A stretch of DNA of 64,000 nt from an uncultured Spirochaetota bacterium (GTDB taxonomy: Bacteria; Spirochaetota; Spirochaetia; SZUA-6; CAVTHK01), in contig CAVTHK010000013.1 in NCBI GenBank assembly GCA_963734495.1, positions 96,001 through 160,000 of the forward strand. The letters run 5' to 3'. A program made the position numbers and the translations under genes. The notes under the pieces are model-generated. The model was not told where the DNA came from, searched no databases, and saw only the letters and a program-made list of their open reading frames with translations. Below are positions 42,861 to 55,971 of the stretch, piece after piece; position 1 is the stretch's first letter; every line of letters begins with the position of its first letter.

Positions 42861-43469
42861 ATGGGGAAGGATAACAGGAAGGTCCGCATCTTCTCGGCTC
42901 TTGAAGTAGCGAACATCTGCGGCGTCGTCAACCAGACGGCAATCAACTGGATCAAGAGCGGATACCTCAAGGCGTTCACGACTCCCGGCGGCCAGTACCG
43001 CGTATACTCCGATGATCTCTACAGGTTCCTCGTCGAACGCGGCATGAGAATCCCGTCGGAAGTGGAGGACATCGTCAACGACGAGCGGCGGGCGAGGAGG
43101 CTGCTCATCGTGGACGACGACGCCGAGCTGAACAACCTGCTGAGGAAGTTCCTCGCCCGCTCGATGCCGGATTACGACGTCTGCCAGGCGTTCGACGGGT
43201 TCGAGGCCGGGAAGCTGCTGGCGGAAAGCAAGCCCGGAGTGGTCATCCTCGACATCAACCTTCCGGGCGTCAACGGCCACCGCCTCTGCCAGACCATGAA
43301 GAGCGATCCGACGCTCGGGAATCCCATCGTCGTGGCCATCTCGGGTCTCTCGGACCCGGACACAGAGGCGGCCATATTGAAGGAAGGTGCGGATTCGTTC
43401 CTCGCGAAGCCGCTCGACCTCGAGGAGCTCGCGGCCAGGGTCCGGGAGCTCGCGGCGGCAAGGGCGTAG
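42861..43469 (+). CDS. Response regulator with an N-terminal excisionase/MerR-like HTH
   Basis: FSALEVANICGV..QTAINWIKSGYLKAFTTPGGQYRV plus REC domain (IVDDD, ILDINLPGVNG, KP). Confidence 0.88.
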   Translation: MGKDNRKVRIFSALEVANICGVVNQTAINWIKSGYLKAFTTPGGQYRVYSDDLYRFLVERGMRIPSEVEDIVNDERRARRLLIVDDDAELNNLLRKFLARSMPDYDVCQAFDGFEAGKLLAESKPGVVILDINLPGVNGHRLCQTMKSDPTLGNPIVVAISGLSDPDTEAAILKEGADSFLAKPLDLEELAARVRELAAARA

Positions 43470-43477
43470 GTGCGAAG

Positions 43478-43843
43478 ATGGCCGGCGCCACGGTCTTGAT
43501 CGTCGAAGACGAAGACGGGATCAGGCTCAGCCTGCGGGACTACCTGCGGAAAAAGGGCTATCAGGTGCTGGTGGCTTCCGAAGGGGTGGGCGCCATCAAG
43601 CAGCTGCTCGACAACAATATCGACGTGATCGTCACGGACTACCGGATGGAGCTCCTCGGAGGCGACTACTGGCTCCGGTTTCTCGAGCGATTCTGCGGGC
43701 CGCAGGAAGTCATCCTCACGAGCGGGTTCCTCAAGTCGGACCGCCTTCTCCCCTACCCCGTCATCTACAAGCCCTACGACTATGGCGATCTCGTCAAGCT
43801 GATCGAACAGAGGCTGACGGAGAAAAAGGCGCGTGGCGGCTGA
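43478..43843 (+). CDS. Single-domain response regulator
   Basis: LIVEDE, IVTDYRM, LTSG, KPY. Confidence 0.85.
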   Translation: MAGATVLIVEDEDGIRLSLRDYLRKKGYQVLVASEGVGAIKQLLDNNIDVIVTDYRMELLGGDYWLRFLERFCGPQEVILTSGFLKSDRLLPYPVIYKPYDYGDLVKLIEQRLTEKKARGG

Positions 43844-44118
43844 AACCCGCGGCCTGTACGCGCGTGTCCACGGCATCGTTCAGGGGGTGGGGTTCCGCTA
43901 CGCGGCCATCAGCCACGGCGCGCGCGCTGCGCCTCTCCGGCTACGTCAGGAACATGCCCGATGGCAGCGTCGAAGTGCTGGCCGAGGGTCCGCCCGATGC
44001 GCTCTCCCGGATGCTCACCTGGCTGAACCGGGGCCCCACGGGGGCCCGAGTGACCGCGGTCGACCACCGCTATGTGCCGGCGCAGGGCACCTACCGCGGC
44101 TTCGACGTCGAATGGTGA
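43833..44118 (+). CDS. acyP: Acylphosphatase, frameshifted
   Basis: VHGIVQGVGFR, LSGYVRNMPDGSVEVLAEG, GP..ARV. Confidence 0.9.
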
Positions 44119-44146
44119 AAGCGGGCGCTGCCTCGGAGGCGCCGCA

Positions 44147-44175
44147 AACGAAAAGGGCCGGCTGCCGCCGGCCCT
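44147..44175 (-). terminator. Intrinsic terminator downstream of eno
   Basis: Stem AGGGCCGGC/GCCGGCCCT with a T-rich tail on the minus strand. Confidence 0.65.
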
Positions 44176-44199
44176 CGTGTTCCCTGTGACCGGATGCGC

Positions 44200-45822
<1,623 letters not shown>

Positions 45823-45845
45823 TCAGACAAAGTGGACGGTCTGCC

Positions 45846-46769
45846 ATGAATTGGGAGTTCACCCCTGAGCTCGTCGACCAGGTCATCTATTCGATGGAAA
45901 ACCAGGAGGAGTCTTTTCTGCTGGACTTCGAGACTGGGGACATCCTCCAGGCCGACCAGGTCACCGACTCAGGCAACGACAACCGGTGGTACGAGCTGCC
46001 CGTATGGCGCTCCAACGAGGGCTTCCAGCTCATGGAGCGCTTTGTGGCGGGCCTTCGCAATCCCATAGTCCGCGACGAGCTGCGCGGCGCGCTCTCGGCG
46101 GGCAAAGGGGTCTTCCGACAGTTCAAGAACGCGCTCAAGAGCCGCCAGGAGGTGGAGAAGGTCTGGCACCGCTTCAAAGAGCGCGAGATGAAGAAGGTCG
46201 TCTACGACTGGTTCAACCAGATCCTCGAAGTGCAGGGCCTCGCGCGGCTGGAGCTGCCGGCGGACGAGCCGACGGACGAGCTGATCCTTTCCGATTTCGC
46301 CCTTCGCGAGGGTCCGGGCAGCCATGAGCAGGCCATCCTCGCGCTGGACCGCGAGGCGTTCGCCATGGCGTTTCCCCAGGCCGACCCGTCACGGCTTCCC
46401 GCCGTCTACGAGCGGCGCAGGAAGGTGCTGCCTCCGCTAAGCGAGGGGGTGGTCATCCACGCGGAGGCCCCTTCGGGCGAGTTCGCGGGCTTTGTCTGGG
46501 GCGTGAAGCTCCGCGACGAGATCACCGAGGACATGGTCGTCGAGCTCGTTCAGATCGCCGTCGCCGAAGAGTTCCGAGGCCTGGGGCTCGGCAGATCGCT
46601 CTTCCGCGGGTTCATCGCCGCATCCGAAGCCGCGGGCGCCGCCCGCGCCACCATGCGTCTCGAGGGAAGGCAGCTCGCGATCTCCGGGCTCCTCGAGCGC
46701 GAGGGCTTTGTCGTCACCGCTCACACAATGGAGATCGATTTGAACCGCTGGCAGTCGGAAGACGCGTGA
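45846..46769 (+). CDS. UPF0158-like protein with a C-terminal GNAT domain
   Basis: IYSMENQ, PVWRSNEGFQLMERFV..LRNP..GKGVFRQFKNAL; VAEEFRGLGLGRSL. Confidence 0.75.
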   Translation: MNWEFTPELVDQVIYSMENQEESFLLDFETGDILQADQVTDSGNDNRWYELPVWRSNEGFQLMERFVAGLRNPIVRDELRGALSAGKGVFRQFKNALKSRQEVEKVWHRFKEREMKKVVYDWFNQILEVQGLARLELPADEPTDELILSDFALREGPGSHEQAILALDREAFAMAFPQADPSRLPAVYERRRKVLPPLSEGVVIHAEAPSGEFAGFVWGVKLRDEITEDMVVELVQIAVAEEFRGLGLGRSLFRGFIAASEAAGAARATMRLEGRQLAISGLLEREGFVVTAHTMEIDLNRWQSEDA

Positions 46770-46782
46770 TTCGGGACCGGCC

Positions 46783-47595
46783 TCAGAGACGCCGCGCCAG
46801 GATCGTTTCGGCGGCCTCGCAGAAGCCCGCGGCGGAGGCCGCCTTGGTGAGATAGCGAGGCAGGTGCCGCATGTCGTCCAGGTAGCGGGTCAGGTTGGCC
46901 ACCCCGATCGAGTATTCCATCCCTTCGAACATCGGCTCGTCGTTTGGTGAGTCGCCCACGAACAGCGACCGGGTCCTGGCTTCTGTCCAGTCGAGCCGGG
47001 ACCTCTCGCGGACGTAGAAGCGCGCGCAGGACACCTTGTCGAAGTCCCCATACCAGCAGTTCACGTGGATGCTCGAGATCTTCGCCGTGGCACCTTCTTC
47101 TCTGGCGATTTCCGCGATGCGCCTGACCTCATCCATGGGCAGCGGCTCCACGTCCTCGCAGAAGTCGATCGCGAGGTCCGCGATCCGGTAGGGCTGGTCG
47201 GCCGCGACCGCGCAGCCATGCACCTCGGCCAGGGCCCGCTCGCGCACGCGCGCGAGCCGCCTTCGGCCCTCTTCGCGTTCGGCCGGCGAGAGCAGGTAGC
47301 GGCGCTCCATCTTGCGCCGCTGCCGGTCGTAGGCAAAGAAGAAAGCCCCGTTCTCGCCCACCACGCCGTCCACCGGCCACATGCGGGCCAGGTGATCGCA
47401 CCACCCCGCGGGCCTGCCGGTCACGACGACGACCCGCACCCCGGCCTCGTGAAGACGCCATACCATCCCGTAGGACTCGGCCGGCAGCATGCCGTTCACC
47501 GTCAGGGTGTCGTCGAGATCGGTGAACAGGTAGACGAGCTTCCGGCACAGGTCTGCCGGGATGGCGTCGATGGGCTCGGGGCGGTGGTGTTGCAT
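46783..47595 (-). CDS. HAD-IIB family hydrolase
   Basis: FTDLDDTL, VTGRPAGW, GENGA, FVGDSPNDEPMF. Confidence 0.9.
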   Translation of the reverse strand: MQHHRPEPIDAIPADLCRKLVYLFTDLDDTLTVNGMLPAESYGMVWRLHEAGVRVVVVTGRPAGWCDHLARMWPVDGVVGENGAFFFAYDRQRRKMERRYLLSPAEREEGRRRLARVRERALAEVHGCAVAADQPYRIADLAIDFCEDVEPLPMDEVRRIAEIAREEGATAKISSIHVNCWYGDFDKVSCARFYVRERSRLDWTEARTRSLFVGDSPNDEPMFEGMEYSIGVANLTRYLDDMRHLPRYLTKAASAAGFCEAAETILARRL

Positions 47596-47714
47596 GGCGG
47601 CCCGCATCTTATGGCGAATCGAGAGTCGGGTAAAGCGGGGCCCGCGCCCCGGCCGCCCGCCGCGGCGGTCTGTGCGCCTTGACACGTCGGGCGGGCGAGG
47701 GCGGGCGAATCAAC

Positions 47715-47743
47715 TTGGCAAATCGAACGACCTGCCCTATAGT
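47715..47743 (+). promoter_or_regulatory. Sigma70-type promoter of the opp operon
   Basis: TTGGCA-17 nt-TATAGT; AAGGAGG SD downstream. Confidence 0.6.
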
Positions 47744-47777
47744 GTGGTGCTGATCTGTATCTCCAAGGAGGAGAGTC

Positions 47778-49359
47778 ATGAAAAGGCTTTGCCTGCTACT
47801 TCTCTCGCTGAGCCTTGCCGGCGGCTGGCTCTTTGCCGGGCCGCAAGGCGAGAAGGCTTCGGCTGCCCCCGAGTTCATCGTGTGGAACGGCGCCGAGCCC
47901 AAGTCGCTCGACCCGCAGCTGATCACGGGCGTTCCCGAGCACCGGATCTACGGGGCCTTGTTCGAAGGGCTGCTGACGAACGACCCCAAGACCTGCGAAG
48001 GGATCCCCGGGCTCGCCGAGAGCTGGACCGTGAGCGACGACGGGCTGACCTGGACGTTCAAGCTGCGCCACACGACCTGGAGCGACGGCGTCCCCATCAC
48101 CGCCCAGACCGTGGTCAAGAGCTGGCTGCGCGAGCTCAATCCCGAGACCGCCGCGCAGTACGCCTGGTTCCCCGCCATGTTCATCAAGGGGGCCGCCGAC
48201 TACAACTCGAAAAAGGCGGGACCCGAAGCCGTGGCGATCAAGGCCGTCGACGACTACACGTTCCAGATGACGCTCGTCGGGCCGCTCCCCTACGTCCAGG
48301 GCGCGCTGGCCCACTACTCCTTCGCCGTCGTTCCGATCCACGCCATCGAGAAGTATGGCAAGGACTGGATCAAGCCCGAGAACTTCGTCTGCAACGGCCC
48401 CTTCAAGCTCGAGACCTGGAAACCGCAGGACAGGCTGACCGTCGTCCCGAACCCGAAGTACTGGGACCGCCAGAACGTCAAGCTCGGCCGCGTGGTCTTC
48501 CTGCCCGGTGACGACAACAACACCGCGTTCCGCATGTACGAGAACAAAGAGATCGACTGGCTCACGAACGTTCCCACCGACCAGATGGACGCCGTCAAGG
48601 GCCGGCCCGATTTCTACAACGTCCCTCGCCTGGGCTCCTACTACTACGTGTACAACACCGTAGAGGGCGCCGCTCACGGACGCACGCGTGCGCAAGGCGC
48701 TTTCGATGGCCATCGACCGCAAGCAGCTCGTCGAAAAGGTCTCCAAGGGCGGCGAGATCGCGGCGCTGTCGATCGTTCCTCCGATGGCCGGCTACGACGC
48801 CATCAAGGGCAACCCCGAGAGCGTCGAGAAGGCCAAGCAGCTGCTCGCCGACGCCGGCTTCCCCGGCGGCAAGGGCTTCCCCAAGCTCGCCATCCTGTAC
48901 AACACCCTCGAGGCGCACAAGAAGATCGGCGAGTACATCCAGCAGCAGTGGAAGGAGAACCTCGGCATCAACGTCGAGCTCGTCAACCAGGAATGGAAGA
49001 CGTACCTCGACACCCGCCGCGAGGGCAAGTTCGACATCGCGCGCGCGGGCTGGATCGGCGACTACCTCGATCCCGAACACCTTCCTCGACATGTGGGTGA
49101 CCGGCGGCGGCCAGAACGACGCCAAGTACGCCAACCCGAAGTACGACGAGCTCATCAAGAAGGCGGCGACGATGAAGGCCGGCAAGGATCGCTTTGCCGC
49201 GCTCACGGCCAGGCCGAGGAGCTCTTCATCACCCAGGACGAGGCCATCATGCCGATCTACTTCTACACCAACAAGGAAATGATCGACGGGAACAAGTGGG
49301 GCGGCTGGTACACCAACACGCTGGGCTATCACCCGGTCAAGTACATCTACAAGAAGTAA
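47778..49359 (+). CDS. oppA: Oligopeptide ABC transporter substrate-binding protein, frameshifted
   Basis: EPKSLDP, LFEGL, PGLAESWTVSDDGLTWTFKLR, NGPFKL, NPKYWD, RAGWIGDY. Confidence 0.93.
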
Positions 49360-49415
49360 CGATGAAGGCTGCCGCGAGGGGGTCCTCCCCCTCGCGGCGC
49401 GTCCTCGACCGTCCC

Positions 49416-50347
49416 ATGACGAAGTACATCGTCCGCCAGCTCGCGGGCCTGATACCGACGCTGCTCGATCATCGTCACCATCGGCTTCTTCATCGTGCGC
49501 ATCGCGCCCGGAGGCCCGTTCGACGCGGAACGCGCCCTCCCGGCCGAGATCCTGCGGAACGTGGAGGCGAAGTACCACCTCGACGAGCCCTGCTCGTGCA
49601 GTACGGCCGCTACATGCTCGACGTGCTTCGGGGCGATCTCGGTCCGTCCTACGTCTACCCGGACCACGACGTGAGCTTCTACATCGCCCAGAACCTGCCC
49701 AACTCCCTGCTGCTCGGCCTCGTCGCGATGCTGATCGTCGATCACCGCGGGCATCGGAACCGGGATGGTCTCCGCAACCAGGCAGAACACCGTCGGCGAC
49801 TACGCCTCGATGGCCGTCGCCGTCATCGGCATCTCGGTGCCCCTGTTCGTGATCGGGCCCGGTTCTCATGTACGTGTTCGCGCTCAAGCTGAAGTGGCTG
49901 CCCACCTCGGGGTGGATCAACGGCCGCCAGGGCCTGAAGACCCTGATCATGCCGGCGGTCACGCTGTCGCTGCCGCAGTTCGCCTACATCGCGCGCCTCA
50001 GCCGGGCGAGCATCCTCGAGGTGCTGCGCAGCGACTACGTCCGCACGGCCAGGGCCAAGGGGCTGTCGGCCCGCGCGGTCATGTTCCGGCACGTGCTCAA
50101 GGGCGCGCTGCTCCCGGTGGTGAGCTACCTCGGGCCCGCCTTCGCCGGCGTGCTCACCGGCAGCGTCGTCGTCGAGACGATCTTCAGGGTCCCCGGGCTG
50201 GGGATCTTCTTCGTCCAGTCGGCCTTCAACCGGGACTACACCCTGATCATGGGGACGGTCATCGTGTACTCCGTGATCCTGGTGGTCCTGAACTTCCTCG
50301 TCGACGTGGCCTATTCGCTGCTCGACCCGCGGATCTCGTACCAGTAG
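49416..50347 (+). CDS. oppB: Oligopeptide ABC transporter permease, frameshifted
   Basis: APGGPF, GDLGPS, DYVRTARAKGL, TGSVVVETIF, NRDY, LLDPRI. Confidence 0.92.
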
Positions 50348-50360
50348 GGAGGCGAGCAGC

Positions 50361-51457
50361 GTGATCAAGACAGCGCCGAAGACGATCGCCAACGAGTTCG
50401 ACCAGCAGGTCCGCGGCGTCAGCCTCAGCCGCGACGCCTGGCGGCGCCTGCAAGAAGAACAAGATGGCCGTGGCCGGCGGCGTGATCGTGATCCTGTACG
50501 TCCTCGTCGCGCTCGCCGCCCCGCTGCTGCCGATCCACTCGTACACCAAGATCATCGTCGACCACCAGAACCTTCCGCCGTCGCTCACGAAGAACGCGGG
50601 CGAGCTGCTCTACGCCAAGACCGAAAAGCAGCTGCTGGCGGTCGCCGGGCGCCAGGGGCGCAGCGGCCTCAACGACCAGGAGCGGGCGCAGCTCGCCGCG
50701 CTGCGCGAGAAGATCCGCACGGAGACCGCCGTGATCAACGGCGAGGTCGTCAAGGTCCACGAGCGGCGCTACCCTCTCGGCACGGACTACCACGGCCGGG
50801 ACATGCTGGCGCGCATCATCTACGGGGGCCAGATCTCGATCGCCGTCGGCTTCGTGGGCACGGTGACCTCGGTGCTCATCGGCATCCTCGTCGGCGCCAT
50901 CGCCGGCTACACCGGCGGCAGCGTTCGACTACCTCATCACGCGGTTCGTCGACGTCATGTACGGGCTGCCGTACATGCTGCTGGTCATCATCTTCATGGC
51001 GATCTTCGGCCGCAGCATCGTCAACCTCTTCGTGGCGCTGTCGCTCGTGAGCTGGCTCACCGTCGCGCGCGTGGTGCGCGGCCAGATCATCTCGCTCAAG
51101 GCGAGCGAGTTCGTCGAGGCCGCCCGCTCGATCGGCGCGGGGACCGCCCGCATCATCCTCCGGCACCTGCTGCCCAACACGCTGGGCATCATCATCGTGT
51201 ATTCGACGCTGCGCGTCCCGAGCTTCATCATGCAGGAGGCCTTCCTCTCGTTCCTGGGCCTGGGGATCTCGGCGCCGCTCGCCTCGTGGGGAACGCTGGT
51301 GCGGGGACGCGATCGACGGGATGGATCTCTATCCCTGGCTCCTGTTCTTCCCTTCGCTCGCCATGACGATCTTCCTGTTCTCGATGAACTTCCTCGGCGA
51401 CGGCCTGCGGGACGCCTTCGATCCGCAGAGCAAGAACGAAACGGGCGGCGCCGCTAG
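50361..51457 (+). CDS. oppC: Oligopeptide ABC transporter permease, frameshifted
   Basis: [50 protein letters not shown]. Confidence 0.92.
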
Positions 51458-51483
51458 TGGACGGCTGCCGCACGGGGAGCCGG

Positions 51484-52463
<980 letters not shown>

Positions 52464-52467
<4 letters not shown>

Positions 52468-53471
52468 GCTCGCAGACCGCTGCTCCAGGTTCGCAACCTC
52501 AAGCAGCATTTCCCGTGGAAGAAGGCCTGTCTGATCCGGCGGCGGGTCGGCTCGATCCGCGCCGTCGACGGCGTCAGCTTCGAAATCGCGCCCGGCGAGA
52601 CCCTCGGGCTCGTGGGGGAATCGGGCTGCGGCAAGTCGACCACCGCGCGCTCGATCGCCATGCTCCATCGCCCGACCGCGGGCGAGGTGCTGCTCGAAGG
52701 GCAGGGACCTCTGCGCGCATGTCGGCCGAGGACCTGCTCGCGGCCCGCAGGAACCTGCAGCTGATCTTCCAGGACCCGTACGCCTCGCTGAACCCGAGGA
52801 TGACCGTGGGCGCGATCATCGCCGAGCCGCTCGTCATCTACGCGCGGCGCGGCTTCCTCTCCGTGGACGCAGGCGAGATCAGGGAGCGCGTCGACCTGCT
52901 GATGGAGCGTGTCGGGCTGAACAGGCTGTTCCGCAACCGCTACCCGCACGAGTTCTCCGGGGGACAACGCCAGCGCATCGGCGTCGCCCGCGCCCTGGCG
53001 CTCGAGCCCAAGCTGATCCTGGCCGACGAGCCGGTGAGCGCGCTCGACGTTTCGATCCAGTCGCAGATCCTGAACCTGCTCGACGACCTGCAGCAGGAGA
53101 TGGGCCTCGCCTACCTGTTCATCGCGCACGACCTCGGCGTCATCGAGTACATCTCGCATCGCGTCGCCGTGATGTACCTCGGGCGGATCGTCGAGACGGC
53201 CGCTTCGACCGAGCTGTACCGCAAGCCCCTGCACCCCTACACGCAGGCGCTCCTCTCGGCGGTGCCGATCCCGGATCCCGCGGTGGAACGGAAACGACGG
53301 CGGATCATCCTGAGCGGCGACGTGCCGTCGCCCGACCGGGAGCGCACGGGCTGCTACTTCGTCGACAGGTGCCCGGTGCGGATGGACAAGTGCCGGGACC
53401 ACATCCCGCGGCTCAAGCCGATGGAGAACGGGCACGAGGTGGCGTGCTTCAAGTACTTCGAGCCGGACTGA
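52464..53471 (+). CDS. oppF: Oligopeptide ABC transporter ATPase, frameshifted
   Basis: [44 protein letters not shown]. Confidence 0.92.
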
Positions 53472-53504
53472 GACTCGACGAGGCGCCTGAGACGGCGGCT
53501 CGGG

Positions 53505-53981
53505 CTATTTTTCTATCGGGATGCCGCTGACCCGCGAGAGCTCGCTCGCGATCTCCCGCAGCCGCTCGCCCGCCGCGCCCCTGGCCATGTCGATCCGGCA
53601 GGGCTTGCCGTCCGCGAGCAGGAACGCCAGCGAAACCATCGCGCGGCCCGCCGACTGGCGGCTCTCGACCACCCGGAGGCACCTGGCCTGCGACAGGGTC
53701 CAGCGGCGCCGCCGCGCGAGCCCGATGATCCCGACGCTGTACTCGACGCCTTCGGGCGAGAACTGCCACCGTTCGTCGTAGAGCGCCGCGGCCAGGCTCC
53801 CGGCGAGCAGGACATAGGCGAGCGTGTTGGATCGATCGAACAGGTGCTCGGCCACGGAGGCGAGCGCCGCGATCAGCAGCGCCGCGATGAGCGCGAAGCC
53901 GATCCGGTAGACCGTCGATACGGAGTACTCCAGCCGGTCAGGACCGCGACGTTTGATGGTGAGCCAGCTTGCGCCGAACAT
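53505..53981 (-). CDS. Hypothetical membrane protein
   Basis: Two TM helices plus a soluble C-terminus; follows rodZ closely. Confidence 0.6.
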   Translation of the reverse strand: MFGASWLTIKRRGPDRLEYSVSTVYRIGFALIAALLIAALASVAEHLFDRSNTLAYVLLAGSLAAALYDERWQFSPEGVEYSVGIIGLARRRRWTLSQARCLRVVESRQSAGRAMVSLAFLLADGKPCRIDMARGAAGERLREIASELSRVSGIPIEK

Positions 53982-53986
53982 GGCCG

Positions 53987-55249
53987 TCAGAATACCGAGC
54001 CGACCTCGAGCTGGTACCTGCCCGTGGCATCCTGCTTTGCCCAGCGGATGACCTTGGTCACGACCTGACCCGGGCGTCCCAGCGGAACCTCGCGGCCCTG
54101 AACGGTCAGCCGGACCGCGCCGGCGTTCGAGATCCAGAGGCGGATCTGGCGCTGGACGTTGTCCAGGACGAACGTCTCGCCCTTCTGGAAGAAGCGCTGG
54201 TCGCTCGCGGTGTCGTCCGACAGGTACCGGAAGAGCGTGCTCCCCCGGAAATCCGCGCTCACGGCGAACACGGACGGGGCGTCGGCGGTGAGAAGCACCT
54301 GCTTGTCCGCGTTGTCGGCCGCGGGCTGGATCGGCGCCGGCGGCGGCACCGGCGCTAGCGCCGGCGCTGGCGACGGCGGCGGCACCGGCGGCGGCACCGC
54401 AGGCTGCGCAACCGCGGCTGGCGCGGCGGCCGGCGCGGCGGCCGGCGCCCCCGCACCTGCCGCGGCGCCGGCGGCGGGAGCCCCGGCCGCCTGGCCGCCC
54501 GCCTGGGCCGCAGCGCCCGCGTCGGCCTTGGCGACAGCGGCGCCCGCGCCCTCGACGAGGCGCGTCAGGCCGAGGTTGACCCGCTTCTTCGCCTGGAGCA
54601 GGTCGATATCGTTGAAGACAATCTTCACGTCGGGCTTGGAATCCAGGTCGAGGTCAATAAAGCGATCCTCGCTGTAGTTGAGTCGCACCATGCCGCCGGG
54701 AACGGTCAAGTCGACGCGGTTGTCGCTCACGGTGGTGACTTCGATGCGGTAGCGCCGGCTGCCCATGACGACCGAGATGGAGTCCTTCTCGTTGAACCAT
54801 TGAGTGAGCGCGTCGCTCTGGAACACGACCTCTTCGCTGCCCCTGGGCTTCGGCGGCTCGACCGCCGCGCCCGTGGACGCGCTTCCGCGCGAGCTCACCA
54901 GCCATGCGAGGCCCCCGACGACGAGGGCGAGGACGACGACCCCGGCCGCGATGAGGAGCCTGACCGGGGGCGTGCGCCGGCTCGCCAGGAGCTCCACCAT
55001 GGGCAGCGGCTGCTCCTGGATCTTGATGTTGCGGTAGAGCGCTACGAGGTCGTCGCGCGGCAGACCGAGGTAGTCGGCGTAGTTGCGCAGGAACCCGATC
55101 AGGTAGGTCTCGCCGGGGAACGCCGCGAAGTCCTCCTGCTCGAGGGCTTCGATGTAGCGCCGCGAGATCCTGGTGTCGCGAGCGATCTGATCGACGGTGA
55201 TGTTCCGCTTTTCGCGGGCCGTCTTCAGCATCTCACCGAGCGACTCCAT
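53987..55249 (-). CDS. rodZ: RodZ-like HTH membrane protein
   Basis: LGEMLKTARE, TRISRRYIEALE, FPGETYLIGFLRNYADYLGL, TM helix, Ala/Pro linker, C-terminal ISNAGAV (DUF4115-like). Confidence 0.82.
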   Translation of the reverse strand: MESLGEMLKTAREKRNITVDQIARDTRISRRYIEALEQEDFAAFPGETYLIGFLRNYADYLGLPRDDLVALYRNIKIQEQPLPMVELLASRRTPPVRLLIAAGVVVLALVVGGLAWLVSSRGSASTGAAVEPPKPRGSEEVVFQSDALTQWFNEKDSISVVMGSRRYRIEVTTVSDNRVDLTVPGGMVRLNYSEDRFIDLDLDSKPDVKIVFNDIDLLQAKKRVNLGLTRLVEGAGAAVAKADAGAAAQAGGQAAGAPAAGAAAGAGAPAAAPAAAPAAVAQPAVPPPVPPPSPAPALAPVPPPAPIQPAADNADKQVLLTADAPSVFAVSADFRGSTLFRYLSDDTASDQRFFQKGETFVLDNVQRQIRLWISNAGAVRLTVQGREVPLGRPGQVVTKVIRWAKQDATGRYQLEVGSVF

Positions 55250-55251
55250 GG

Positions 55252-55932
55252 CTACTCCGTTTCGAAGAGGAAATTGCGGTACACGTTGGCGCTCGCCGGC
55301 GGATCGTAGTCGAAGCGGGCGTCGGGGATACCCTGGTTCAGCCGGACATTCTTGATGTCCATCACGAGCGTGCGCGCCCCCAGCGAGCCGGTGACCCTGC
55401 GGATCATCAGGTTCCTGTCGAAGGCGATCTCCAGCCTGCGGAACCCGTCCACGGCAAGGCTCTGGAACTTGAGCTTGGTCACCACCTCCCTCGAGCCGTC
55501 GTCGAGGGGCACGGGCTCGGGGCCGACGACGTACGCCGCGCTGTAGTGCGTCTTGAGGTAGGCCAGCTCGCGGCTCGAAGCCATCAGGGCGAGGCTCGCC
55601 TCGCTCCGCTTCTGCAGCTTCTGCTCCAGGACGTAGGAATACTTCGGGACGTAGACCAGCAGCGTCTCGCCGTTGGAGTCGAGCACCTGCTCGCGCGGCT
55701 TCGAGAAGTCGATGCGGATCTTGTTCGGGCTCTTGTAGGCGAGACGGCCGACCATCGAGTCCTGCTCGCCTTCGGTGGTGATCGTCACGTCGGCCTGGTA
55801 GTCGCGGATCCCGCTGAACTTCTTGGAAGCCCGGTCGAGAAAATCGGTTGGTGTGACGATGTCCTGCGTCGCGGCCGCGAGGGCCGCGAGTAAGAGCGTG
55901 ACCGCAGCGGACACGCGTAAAAAGCGCTTCAT
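55252..55932 (-). CDS. lolA: Outer-membrane lipoprotein carrier LolA-like protein
   Basis: Signal peptide; GRLAYKSPNKIRIDF, SNGETLLVYVP, FDYDPPASANV. Confidence 0.8.
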   Translation of the reverse strand: MKRFLRVSAAVTLLLAALAAATQDIVTPTDFLDRASKKFSGIRDYQADVTITTEGEQDSMVGRLAYKSPNKIRIDFSKPREQVLDSNGETLLVYVPKYSYVLEQKLQKRSEASLALMASSRELAYLKTHYSAAYVVGPEPVPLDDGSREVVTKLKFQSLAVDGFRRLEIAFDRNLMIRRVTGSLGARTLVMDIKNVRLNQGIPDARFDYDPPASANVYRNFLFETE

Positions 55933-55943
55933 GGCGACAAACC

Positions 55944-55971
55944 ATCTTAGCGATCGCGTCCGCTTTGTCAA
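55944..55971 (-). promoter_or_regulatory. Sigma70-type promoter of lolA-rodZ
   Basis: Minus strand TTGACA-16 nt-TAAGAT, 11 nt before ATG. Confidence 0.55.

Noticed and set aside
54330-54550. GC-rich repetitive DNA
   Set aside because: It encodes the Ala/Pro low-complexity linker of RodZ.
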